Source of the DNA: a virus
Taxonomy: Duplodnaviria > Caudoviricetes
Virus record (IMG/VR): IMGVR_UViG_3300020045_015253
Coordinates: 1-47,702 of that record
Strand: one strand, 5' to 3'
DNA: 47,702 nt
Below are positions 1-9,192 of this stretch, piece by piece. Both the position numbers and the translations under genes were made by a program. The stretch's first letter is position 1. Every line of letters starts with the position of its first letter. The notes below the pieces were generated by a model that was given only the letters and a program-made list of their open reading frames with translations, had not been told where the DNA came from and searched no databases.

Positions 1-74
1 TAACTACTTGTTAAAGCACGAAAGTGATTTTCCAGATTGGATTTTTACAGAACTTAAAGGGAGTATGAACAGTC

Positions 75-605
75 ATGATTTATAGACCAATTGTAGATAT
101 TATCGAAGAAGTTGTAAACGAGGTAAGAAACGATTTTACTTCAGAACAATTAATTCCATTCTATGATTATGGTACAACGCTTGAAGTTGTTAATCGTCTT
201 AGGACTAAAACTGACAGCAACCAATTTTATGACAAAAAGTATCCTTTAATTTGGTATGTTATAGGTGACTCTGTTAATGAAGAAGTTGATAGTAAAAAAG
301 CAACTAAACGACAGGTTAAAGAAAACACTATCATTATCTGTACTGAAACAAAAGCTGAATATTCGTCTAAAGAAAGATATACTAATGTTATTAAACCAAT
401 TTTACGACCACTTTACGATTTATTTATGCTAAAACTAAAACAGAATAAGACTGTTAGGTCTATCGATGGTTTTAAGCATGAATACTATGAAAATCTTTTT
501 TGGGGTAGAGCTGGGTTATACGGACACGATGGTAATATCTTTAATGACCGACTTGATGCTATCATAATTGATAGTATGGACTTATTTATAATTGAAACCT
601 GTTAA
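75..605 (+). CDS. Putative tail terminator / neck protein (allele A)
   Basis: 176 aa, between head-tail adaptor and tail tube gene; function is from synteny only. Confidence 0.6.
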   Translation: MIYRPIVDIIEEVVNEVRNDFTSEQLIPFYDYGTTLEVVNRLRTKTDSNQFYDKKYPLIWYVIGDSVNEEVDSKKATKRQVKENTIIICTETKAEYSSKERYTNVIKPILRPLYDLFMLKLKQNKTVRSIDGFKHEYYENLFWGRAGLYGHDGNIFNDRLDAIIIDSMDLFIIETC

Positions 606-616
606 TAAAAAATAAA

Positions 617-1513
617 ATGGCAATTCAAAAAGTATGTATTGATACACTTGGTAACATTGGGTCATTGGCTTGTACAAAAGGTAACCCATTCGTTGATGCT
701 GTTAGTTTAATAATCACTACAAGTGATTTCGAGTTTGCAACAATGAGCGCATTCGCTGCAGAAGCTAACATGATTACTGGTATAAAGGCTGGTAAAGTTT
801 TTCCTCTTCATGAAATAGTGGAATACGAAGACCAGAGTGAAGACTCTAAATATTACGAATCTCCGAGTGGTGTAAGAATACCACGTGGACTTGGTAAGTA
901 CCGTTACGTATATTTATTTAATAAACCGTTAGAAGTTCACAAAGCACTTCAGTCATTCCGCAACGCTAACCTTCGTGTGTTTATAGTAGACGATGCCGGC
1001 AATATTTGCGGATATACACCTGATGGCATTAAAGTACGTGGCTTCACAGTAGGTATGTTTAATCCTGAAAAAATGCGTTCAGCAATGCAGGATAATACTC
1101 CGGCTTTCACACCTATTGTTGTTGATTTACTTGACGCAAAAGAATGGAATGAAAAAGGTGTTTTTGTAAATCCTGGTTGGATTCCAACTTCACTTGAACC
1201 TGTTGCTGATGTTGAAATAAGTCTTGTTTCAGCTGCTGCAGCTTTGGTTGTTTTGCGTGTAGCTTACTTTGATGGGTTAAATTCAGATGGAACAGATAAA
1301 CTTATCGGTGCTGCCGGCATTGTTCAGGGGGATTTTGTATTTACAACAACAGCTCCAACTGCAGCTGCTATGGTTGACAATGGAGATGGTACTTATAATT
1401 TTCCTGGTGTTGGAATGGTTTCAGGTTCAGTAACATTGAAAACTCCGGCTACTGCTACATCAGAAGGTAATCCGATTAAAGCTGTTGCCCCTGCAACTAT
1501 TACTATTGCTTAA
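617..1513 (+). CDS. Major tail tube protein with C-terminal Ig-like extension (allele A)
   Basis: 298 aa, position in tail module, beta-rich C-terminus with DNGDGTY motif. Confidence 0.7.
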   Translation: MAIQKVCIDTLGNIGSLACTKGNPFVDAVSLIITTSDFEFATMSAFAAEANMITGIKAGKVFPLHEIVEYEDQSEDSKYYESPSGVRIPRGLGKYRYVYLFNKPLEVHKALQSFRNANLRVFIVDDAGNICGYTPDGIKVRGFTVGMFNPEKMRSAMQDNTPAFTPIVVDLLDAKEWNEKGVFVNPGWIPTSLEPVADVEISLVSAAAALVVLRVAYFDGLNSDGTDKLIGAAGIVQGDFVFTTTAPTAAAMVDNGDGTYNFPGVGMVSGSVTLKTPATATSEGNPIKAVAPATITIA

Positions 1514-1546
1514 CTGTTTCGGTTTTTTTCATAGTTATGTTTAGTT

Positions 1547-1975
1547 ATGTTTAGAAGGTTGAGAGCGTTAATAAGTTTGGGTAGTTTGGATGAAATAATT
1601 GTAGAGGCAATTAAAGAATCTGAAAAAGAATTACTTGACTTATTACGCTCACAACTCTCTCACGGCGAAAAAGGTGATGGACAAATGCCTTCTTATTCTA
1701 ATGAAAGATACGCAGAATACAAGCAAAAGATTGGTTCACAAGCACCAAAAGGCATAGTTGATTTAAAATTAACTGGAGCTTTTCAGGATAAGCTAAGATT
1801 AATTATGACAAAAACTGGTGCAAGGATTAGGTCTTATGATAAGAAAAGGTCTGAACTGCTTAATCATTATGGAAAAGAAATTTATGAACTTAATGCAGAA
1901 AATCAAACTTTTTATTTAAATCAAGTATTATTTCCAATAATATTTAAAAAAGTAAAAAATGTCATGTACAAATAG
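1547..1975 (+). CDS. Neck/tail completion protein (HK97 gp10 / virion morphogenesis-like), allele A
   Basis: Basic 142 aa protein with a VDLKLTGAF motif resembling the LxxTGxL motif of this family. Confidence 0.55.
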   Translation: MFRRLRALISLGSLDEIIVEAIKESEKELLDLLRSQLSHGEKGDGQMPSYSNERYAEYKQKIGSQAPKGIVDLKLTGAFQDKLRLIMTKTGARIRSYDKKRSELLNHYGKEIYELNAENQTFYLNQVLFPIIFKKVKNVMYK

Positions 1976-2258
1976 AACAGCTAAGTTTCAATCTAGTTTA
2001 GATGTAGTTGAAATATTAGCACAAAAAGCTGCTGATTTATTACAATGTCCGCAAGTAATTTATAAAACAATATGCAATGGCTCGATGGTTTTTAAATTTT
2101 CTGAAAAGTGGGATGGAGCAGTCGAAAAAACAATCTATCCAACAGTTGCCAAATTACAACTCGGCAGAGACAATACTGATAAAAATATTCTTCGAAATAC
2201 TGAAGACCGGAAACACGGAATTGTTGAATCCATCAAAAGTAAGAATAAACAAAACTGA
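1959..2258 (+). CDS. Hypothetical protein, possible tail assembly chaperone part 1
   Basis: Overlaps the previous stop; open in both repeat copies. Confidence 0.55.
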   Translation: MSCTNRTAKFQSSLDVVEILAQKAADLLQCPQVIYKTICNGSMVFKFSEKWDGAVEKTIYPTVAKLQLGRDNTDKNILRNTEDRKHGIVESIKSKNKQN

Positions 2259-2721
2259 ACTTGATTCTATTTGGGATAACATACTTAAGGATTATTATTT
2301 TAATACTAATAAGAAAAGGTATAAACAATTGATTGCAAAAGAAAAATCAAAATGGATTATTAGAAATAAAATAACCACTTGTTCTGCCTGCTTATTATTT
2401 ATTAATATTCATGATTCTAGCGAAAAAGAGGAAGCTCTAAAAACTCTAGAATATTTTGGTTATAAATATTTTAGTAATGAAAGAATAGAATCTGCATTAT
2501 TAAAAGATAAAAGTAAACTTGAATACATTATAAGTCAAGATACTAAAGTTAATCAAAAAGAAGAAATTAATTTTTGGCGAATACTTAGTCAGGTTGAAAA
2601 TGCTCTAGGTCGTCAATTAGATATTGAAAAAGTTACTCTTGCTTATTGGATTGAGTTAATTAAAGGTATCAAAGAAAGAAATTTACAGTATGGCAAACAA
2701 AGACGGAATACAAAAGTATGA
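2077..2721 (+). CDS. Putative tail assembly chaperone part 2 (start uncertain)
   Basis: Immediately upstream of the tape measure gene; conserved in copy B. Confidence 0.55.
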   Translation: MARWFLNFLKSGMEQSKKQSIQQLPNYNSAETILIKIFFEILKTGNTELLNPSKVRINKTELDSIWDNILKDYYFNTNKKRYKQLIAKEKSKWIIRNKITTCSACLLFINIHDSSEKEEALKTLEYFGYKYFSNERIESALLKDKSKLEYIISQDTKVNQKEEINFWRILSQVENALGRQLDIEKVTLAYWIELIKGIKERNLQYGKQRRNTKV

Positions 2722-5700
2722 TATAATTTCTAAGGGCACACTTGACACTTGGGAAGATTTTATACGATTAGCAAAAGACGCGCATGCTGAATTACTTGAG
2801 ATTGTTCAAGTAGGGCCAAAATTAAATCAAGATTTAAGTAAAGCTGAATGGGCTACACAACTTAGTGCTTCTGTTAAAGATGTTGTTACTAATATAGAAG
2901 CATTAATAAAAGTAGAAAAGCAGTTAAAACTAATTAACGATAAACTTCTTGGCGGTGAAGAAAAAGCAATGGCTGAGAAGAAAAAAGAAATAGAATTACG
3001 TAAGCAAGCCAAAGAAGCTCAAAAACGTGAAACTGAGGAAAAAAGAAAAGCTATAAATGTAACTAAAGAGCAAGAACGCTTAGAAAAAGCTGCTGCACGT
3101 GCTGCTGAAAAAGCTGCAAAAGAAAAAATTCGTTATGCACAACAAGTTGCAAAAGAAACTGCAAAAGCGAATGCTGCAACAAAGAAATTTACTACTGAGT
3201 TAGAAAATCACGCAAATAAATCAAAAAAATCTGCAACACAAAATAATTCATTAAGTACATCTTTTATTGGATTATCCAAAAGTGTTGGACACGCTATATT
3301 AGCTTATACTGGAATAGGCGCAGCTATTAATTTAGTAATGAACACATTTAGTTCAATTGTAGACGTTACTAAAAAATTAGATAGTCTTGGCTTTTCTATT
3401 AAGACTATTATTTCAGATACATTTGAGTTAGCTCAAACACAAAATTTTCTTGATGATATAATTCAGAACTATGGAACTGATTTAGTTGATACTACTAATG
3501 CTTATATTAAATTTAGAGCAGCAGTTGGTACAAGTAATATGGCTGTTAAACAAGGTCAAGAGATATTTAATTCAATGTCTAAAGCATCTGCTGTTTTAGG
3601 CTTATCACAAGAAAAAACAAATTTAGTATATTTATCATTAGAGCAAATGCTTTCTAAGGGCACCATTAGTTCAGAAGAATTAAGAAGACAAATGGGAGAG
3701 CAAATGCCGGTAGCAATGCAAGCAATGGCTAAAGCATTTAAAATAGTAACTGGTGAAGGTAATGGTTCTGTTGCTTCTTTAATGAAATTTATGAAAGAAA
3801 GTAAAGTTATATCAGAAGAAGTATTACCTGAATTTGCGCGTCAAGTTGAAAAAGCACTTGGTATAGAAACTGTAACAAAGGTAGATACACTTGTTGCTGC
3901 TCAAGAAAGATTAAATACTTCATGGGCTAATTTTGTTGATATATTGAAAGCTGCTAAACCATTAATAAATGCATATAATAGTCTTAGTGGTGCTATTCAA
4001 AATATAACAAAAACAATAACTCCAGATGAAACAATAGTTTCTAAACGTTCAACTAATTTACTTACTTCTACAATGCAAAAATTAGAAGGTATAACCGATG
4101 TAGAAGAAAGAAGAAAAATATTAATTGAGTCATATACTGAATTACAAAAGAAACAATTACAATTAAGCGAAACTATATCTAAGTCAGAAGGTGATAGGTC
4201 TAATGGATTTATAGTTGGTTTAGCTAAATTAAATAGAGGTGCTGGTTTAGGTAAAGCATTTACATCAGCAGCTGATTTTGAAGATGTATATAAAGATACT
4301 ATTTTAGATGCAGATGCATATGCTAAAGCAATTGCAGAAATAAGAAATAATTTCGAAAAGTTTGCTAAAGTACCTGACCCAAAAGAAGTGATTAAATTTG
4401 GAGAAGAAGACCAAGGTAAAAATACTTTTAATGATGAGTTACAAAGGTTTAAAAATTTGCAAGATGCTAAGTTATCAATGTATATTGAACATCTTGAAAG
4501 TATGCGTAAGATTGCTTATGACAAAGCAATAGAAAGTGGACTAAATGAAGTTGAAGCAGAAAATGTAGCTAATGGATTAAAAATGGATTTAGATACAGAT
4601 ACTTTTAATTTTAAAGTAGAACAACTTGATGAATTACTTGCATATGTAAAATCTAACGGGGAAGATACATCTGCTGTTGAAAAAGAAATTGCCGATGTAA
4701 AAGCTGATTATACTAAAAAATCTACAGATTTTGCTATTAGTGAAAATGAGAGATTTCATAAAATATTTAATGATAATGCAGAAGAAGAAATAAGAAAACT
4801 TCAAGATATTAAGGATGCTAAACTTGCAATGATTGAATCAAGAATGCAAATGGGTTTACTTAACTTACAAGATGATGCATTATCTCAAGGCAAAAATGCT
4901 AAGCAACCATTTCAATTTGATTTAATAGATACAGCGTTACAAAAAGAATCATTACGCGTTATTATAGCAGGTTATGAAGAAATGCTTAGTGTTGAGCAAT
5001 TATCTGCTGATGAAAGTAAATCTATAGCTAAAAATTTATTTGATGCAAAGAAAAATTACCAAGAGCTTGAAAGAGATGAAGTAAAGAAAACTCTTGAGGA
5101 TAAAAAAGCAGCAGAAGCTGCTGCTCTTGATTTTGCTATGCAATCTACTAATCAATTAATAGATATGTTTAAAGGTTTTCAAGATACAAGAGCAGAACAA
5201 TTACAGTGGAATTATGAACGTGATGTTAATTTAGCAGGAGATAACTTGGATAAAAAACTTGCACTTGAAGAACAGTATAATAAAGAAAAAAGAAAATTAG
5301 AAAGGCGTCAGGCTATACTAAATAAATCACAAGCTGCTTTTAATATAATAGTAAATACATGGCAGGGTGTAGCATCTGCGTTATCTTCAGTTGCAACAAT
5401 ACCACTTGTTCCATTTATTAAATTAATGGGTGCATTATCGTTAGCTGCAACATTGGCAACACCACTACCTAAATATGAGTTTGGTGGTGAACATGAAGGT
5501 GGTCCTGCTGTATTTTCAGAAAAAGGTAGTGAGTTATTTATTCCTAAAAGTGGTAAACCATTTTTAACACCAGTTACTGAAACTATAGCCGATATGCCAG
5601 CTGGTAAATTTATACCACATGATGAAACACAACGTATACTTACTCAACATGCAATGAATAATTTTGTAAATGAAGCTAGTGATGTAAATTTAACTATTAC

Positions 5701-5809
5701 AAATAATCTACTAACTAAAATTGCTAACAAAAGCGAAATTATTTATTCAAATGGCTTTTTAATTACAAATAAAAATAATATATTTGGTAGATATGTATCG
5801 AGGCATTAA
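2690..5809 (+). CDS. Tail tape measure protein
   Basis: 1039 aa, helical/coiled-coil, with tape-measure domain motif LEQMLSKGTISSEELRRQMGEQMP and C-terminal GG..G.A..EKGSELF motif. Confidence 0.9.
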   Translation: MANKDGIQKYDIISKGTLDTWEDFIRLAKDAHAELLEIVQVGPKLNQDLSKAEWATQLSASVKDVVTNIEALIKVEKQLKLINDKLLGGEEKAMAEKKKEIELRKQAKEAQKRETEEKRKAINVTKEQERLEKAAARAAEKAAKEKIRYAQQVAKETAKANAATKKFTTELENHANKSKKSATQNNSLSTSFIGLSKSVGHAILAYTGIGAAINLVMNTFSSIVDVTKKLDSLGFSIKTIISDTFELAQTQNFLDDIIQNYGTDLVDTTNAYIKFRAAVGTSNMAVKQGQEIFNSMSKASAVLGLSQEKTNLVYLSLEQMLSKGTISSEELRRQMGEQMPVAMQAMAKAFKIVTGEGNGSVASLMKFMKESKVISEEVLPEFARQVEKALGIETVTKVDTLVAAQERLNTSWANFVDILKAAKPLINAYNSLSGAIQNITKTITPDETIVSKRSTNLLTSTMQKLEGITDVEERRKILIESYTELQKKQLQLSETISKSEGDRSNGFIVGLAKLNRGAGLGKAFTSAADFEDVYKDTILDADAYAKAIAEIRNNFEKFAKVPDPKEVIKFGEEDQGKNTFNDELQRFKNLQDAKLSMYIEHLESMRKIAYDKAIESGLNEVEAENVANGLKMDLDTDTFNFKVEQLDELLAYVKSNGEDTSAVEKEIADVKADYTKKSTDFAISENERFHKIFNDNAEEEIRKLQDIKDAKLAMIESRMQMGLLNLQDDALSQGKNAKQPFQFDLIDTALQKESLRVIIAGYEEMLSVEQLSADESKSIAKNLFDAKKNYQELERDEVKKTLEDKKAAEAAALDFAMQSTNQLIDMFKGFQDTRAEQLQWNYERDVNLAGDNLDKKLALEEQYNKEKRKLERRQAILNKSQAAFNIIVNTWQGVASALSSVATIPLVPFIKLMGALSLAATLATPLPKYEFGGEHEGGPAVFSEKGSELFIPKSGKPFLTPVTETIADMPAGKFIPHDETQRILTQHAMNNFVNEASDVNLTITNNLLTKIANKSEIIYSNGFLITNKNNIFGRYVSRH

Positions 5810-6593
5810 TATATTTCCATTCTACTCCAATTTAAACAGAACAAGGTGGAATAATCCTAATTCTGATATAAAAGAGAACTGTGCCGTTTTCAAAAATGAA
5901 AAAGTACCTCCATTCCTATTTTACATTGAAACATTAGATACCCAGGTTGAAGCATCAATTGTAAACATAGAAGATGAATCTATAGAGCAATCTTTTACAT
6001 GCACTATTGTTAGCGATATTAATAGTTTTAAATTAATAAAATTTTTAAGTACAACTTATATTATACCATCAATACCTGACGGATATTACTATATTAAATT
6101 AAAACTAAAACCAAGCAATACTTATTTTTATTCAGAAATATTTGCTTTAAAAACTAATCCATATATAAACGAATTACTAAGAGTTGTAATACAGTCATCA
6201 AATATAACACTATCTGGTGTTCATAATGTACCATTTTCTGAAATATCAGCAATTGAATTTTTTTTATTTATAAATGGTATAACACTTACTGGTGAAATAA
6301 ACGAAGATGGTATTGAAAAACCTTATGGCAATATGCCTGTTTTTAATACTCTTAATATTAAACATTCAGTTGAAATTAATTGTACTAATGATATATTGAG
6401 ATATTTACATGCCTTAAGAATCTTTGAGACAAATGGAGCTATATATATAGCGCAAGGAAATTTATCAGACACTTTGCCAGAAGTATACGGTATAGAAATA
6501 TCTGTTAAAGATGAATACAATTTTGGCGACCATATAATAGCAGAACTTGTTTATAGAGAAAAAGATTATATAAGTACAAGAAATGAGATATAG
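5793..6593 (+). CDS. Tail tip / distal tail-type protein
   Basis: Directly after TMP; ATG at 5793 preferred over TTG at 5784. Confidence 0.55.
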   Translation: MYRGINIFPFYSNLNRTRWNNPNSDIKENCAVFKNEKVPPFLFYIETLDTQVEASIVNIEDESIEQSFTCTIVSDINSFKLIKFLSTTYIIPSIPDGYYYIKLKLKPSNTYFYSEIFALKTNPYINELLRVVIQSSNITLSGVHNVPFSEISAIEFFLFINGITLTGEINEDGIEKPYGNMPVFNTLNIKHSVEINCTNDILRYLHALRIFETNGAIYIAQGNLSDTLPEVYGIEISVKDEYNFGDHIIAELVYREKDYISTRNEI

Positions 6594-8769
6594 TTTCTAC
6601 ATAGATTTTGGAAATGGTTATCAACAAGCTTATCCTGATTTTATAGATAAATTTAAAATCGTAAGAAGGATAGGGGTTGATGATATAGAAAAATATTTCT
6701 ATAGAATATTATGGGGTAAAATTCAATTTTCAAATAAACCATTCTTATTTAGTTCAACAAATCTCGATACTTATAGAATATTTGATTTTATAAAAAATGA
6801 TGCTTTTAATTACGATACAAAAATAACAGTTAAATTTATTACTGATAATATAGAAATAGTTGGTTATTTTGGTAAAAATGATTGTACTTTTGATGATGAT
6901 AGAAAAATATTAACTGTTACTCCATCTGTTATTGATAAATATACAGATATACTTGAAAACTGGGAAACAGAAGTTAATTTTGATAACTGGGAATTTACTA
7001 ATGGTACTACTAATATTGAAATAACTAATGTTGAACTTAAGACATTTCAAGATTGGCCATACCCATCATTAACTATAGGTGGGCAACCTTATACACCACG
7101 TAATTTAGTTACACAAAAAGCATACGAAGAGGAAGGTGGTTTATCTGCATATTTTGATGGCAATAAACCAAAGGAAAGTTTATTTGATGATGAATATTGG
7201 GGATTTGGTGGTACTCATGTTATATATACATCATTCCCTGAAGAGCATGGTGATTTTTCATTAGCAGATAGAGTTGAAATATTATCTCAAGAACCAAATT
7301 TAGTAAACGCATCTACATTGCCAATACAGTATGGTGATTATGAATTAAGTAAATTTAGGGTATACGAAGGAACAAGAACCGGTGGATTATTTGGTAATAA
7401 GTGGAGACAATTATATTGTGAAACATGGTTTAGTAGAGAAGAAGAAATAAAAATAGATGTAGTAGATCCAGGTAATGACTATGGATTTGAATCGCCAATT
7501 GGTGAAGGATGGCACATGAGAATATCAAGAATAAAAGGTGGTAAAAATGCTCATCTTTGGACAAGAAAACCATTCAATGGTGCTTATTCTGAATCATGGG
7601 GTGCTCCAGTTGAATTTATAAATAATGGTTTAAGTAATTATAGTTGGAATTGGTATAAATACATGGAGACAAGTCTTCAGTATGATAATTCAATGAATAG
7701 TATACAATTAGAATCTACAATAAATGTTAGGGATTTTTTAGAACACATAATTCACAATACAAGTAGTTCTCTTGCTAATATGCAATTTAAATCTACTTTC
7801 TTTTTTAATGATTTAGAAGAAGAGCTTGAAGTATTAAATAATACCAATGGGTTTAACTATGTCACAGGTGCTAAGAATTATTTAAATAATATTAAATTAT
7901 TTTTTACAAAAGATTTGGTTATACCAAGCGATGATGAAGTTGGGGCTTATCCTGTATTTACATTACGTTCAATTCTGGAAGACTTGAATAAAGTATTTGT
8001 AAATAAATTAACATGGTTTATAGATGACAATGGTTATTTTCGTATAGAACATGTTAGATTTGTTGACTTACGCAAAACAGCGCTTGATATATCAAATGAT
8101 GAATTAATAAAATTTACATCTTATTGGGAGTTTGATAAATCAATAATGTTTGAACATTATAAGTATAATCAAATTAATTCAGGATACGTAGACTTTACTA
8201 ATAATACAGTATTATTTAATAAAATAATAAGTAACAATAGAAATACTGATTTAAAAAAAGAATATTCAACATCATTAATTTCAACTGACGCAAAATATTG
8301 TATACTTAATTCTGGTGATATAAAAGAAGGTGTAGTACTTATAACAACAGACGATAATAACAATGTTTTAAATAAAACTGGTATAATAAGTAATGTTGTA
8401 GAAACAAATGGTTTTTTAGCTTTATCTAATATACTATATGACTTTGGTAGATACGAAGGAATGTGGTATAGTGGAGTAATGAATGGATTTGATGTTTTTT
8501 TTACAGTAACAGATAGAAATAAACTTGGTACTGAATTAAAATTAAAAGGTTTAAAAAAATCATTATTTTACAAAACACAATTAGGTGTTGGCTTAATAGA
8601 TGAAGGTGAAGTAGATTTTGAAAATGAAAATACTATAATAAAATTAAGGTATAGATATAATTCCAATGTTAATGGAGATGTTTTTGCTTTAGTGTTCCAG
8701 AAAGAAACAGACTTTATTGGAGCAATTAATAACTGGGCAGATATTGATAACTATATTATAAGTAACTAA
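6583..8769 (+). CDS. Tail tip / hub protein
   Basis: 728 aa, second gene after TMP, WFIDDNGYFRIEH hub-like motif. Confidence 0.55.
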   Translation: MRYSFYIDFGNGYQQAYPDFIDKFKIVRRIGVDDIEKYFYRILWGKIQFSNKPFLFSSTNLDTYRIFDFIKNDAFNYDTKITVKFITDNIEIVGYFGKNDCTFDDDRKILTVTPSVIDKYTDILENWETEVNFDNWEFTNGTTNIEITNVELKTFQDWPYPSLTIGGQPYTPRNLVTQKAYEEEGGLSAYFDGNKPKESLFDDEYWGFGGTHVIYTSFPEEHGDFSLADRVEILSQEPNLVNASTLPIQYGDYELSKFRVYEGTRTGGLFGNKWRQLYCETWFSREEEIKIDVVDPGNDYGFESPIGEGWHMRISRIKGGKNAHLWTRKPFNGAYSESWGAPVEFINNGLSNYSWNWYKYMETSLQYDNSMNSIQLESTINVRDFLEHIIHNTSSSLANMQFKSTFFFNDLEEELEVLNNTNGFNYVTGAKNYLNNIKLFFTKDLVIPSDDEVGAYPVFTLRSILEDLNKVFVNKLTWFIDDNGYFRIEHVRFVDLRKTALDISNDELIKFTSYWEFDKSIMFEHYKYNQINSGYVDFTNNTVLFNKIISNNRNTDLKKEYSTSLISTDAKYCILNSGDIKEGVVLITTDDNNNVLNKTGIISNVVETNGFLALSNILYDFGRYEGMWYSGVMNGFDVFFTVTDRNKLGTELKLKGLKKSLFYKTQLGVGLIDEGEVDFENENTIIKLRYRYNSNVNGDVFALVFQKETDFIGAINNWADIDNYIISN

Positions 8770-8770
8770 A

Positions 8771-9181
8771 ATGGCAGATACAATATTTCAAAAACGTACG
8801 TATGAATTAGTTGAATTTTCACCATTAGTGCAAGGTGAGCCTGGTTACGAAGACCCAGCTACTATATGGATTCCATGTGATAAACTTGGATGGCCTGAAG
8901 CAAAAAAATTATCATTAGTTGAATTTATAGTAAATTTACATAAAGAACAAGGTCCTGTAAATTTAACTGGAATTGATGTAAATGTTGTATACTTTGATGA
9001 ATTTAAAACAAATAATTATTACTTAAGAATAGACACTTATCGTTCAATTAATGTTCCAGGTATAGGTACAATTCTCGAAAGTATACCAATTAAAAATTTC
9101 AGTAGAACTATAACTGGATTTACATTGACACTCGAAAGTTATATTGCTGGAGATATACTTGATTTTATAGCATTTGAATAA
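8771..9181 (+). CDS. Hypothetical tail-associated protein
   Basis: Tightly packed ORF in the tail module. Confidence 0.6.
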   Translation: MADTIFQKRTYELVEFSPLVQGEPGYEDPATIWIPCDKLGWPEAKKLSLVEFIVNLHKEQGPVNLTGIDVNVVYFDEFKTNNYYLRIDTYRSINVPGIGTILESIPIKNFSRTITGFTLTLESYIAGDILDFIAFE

Positions 9182-9192
9182 AATAATTAATT

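Larger units (their letters stand above)
1..4159 (+). repeat. Diverged direct repeat, copy A (neck/tail tube/TMP N-terminus)
   Basis: Colinear with 43548-47702. The first 196 nt and last 121 nt are identical and the interior is diverged (tail tube about 41/298 aa differences by manual count). Confidence 0.95.

Noticed and set aside
2087-2099. Canonical -1 slippery heptamer TTTAAAT
   Set aside because: Wrong phase; the downstream ORF is in the +1/-2 frame.
1-4159. True physical direct terminal repeat
   Set aside because: Physical DTRs are regenerated each cycle and are identical; these copies are substantially diverged and end mid-gene.
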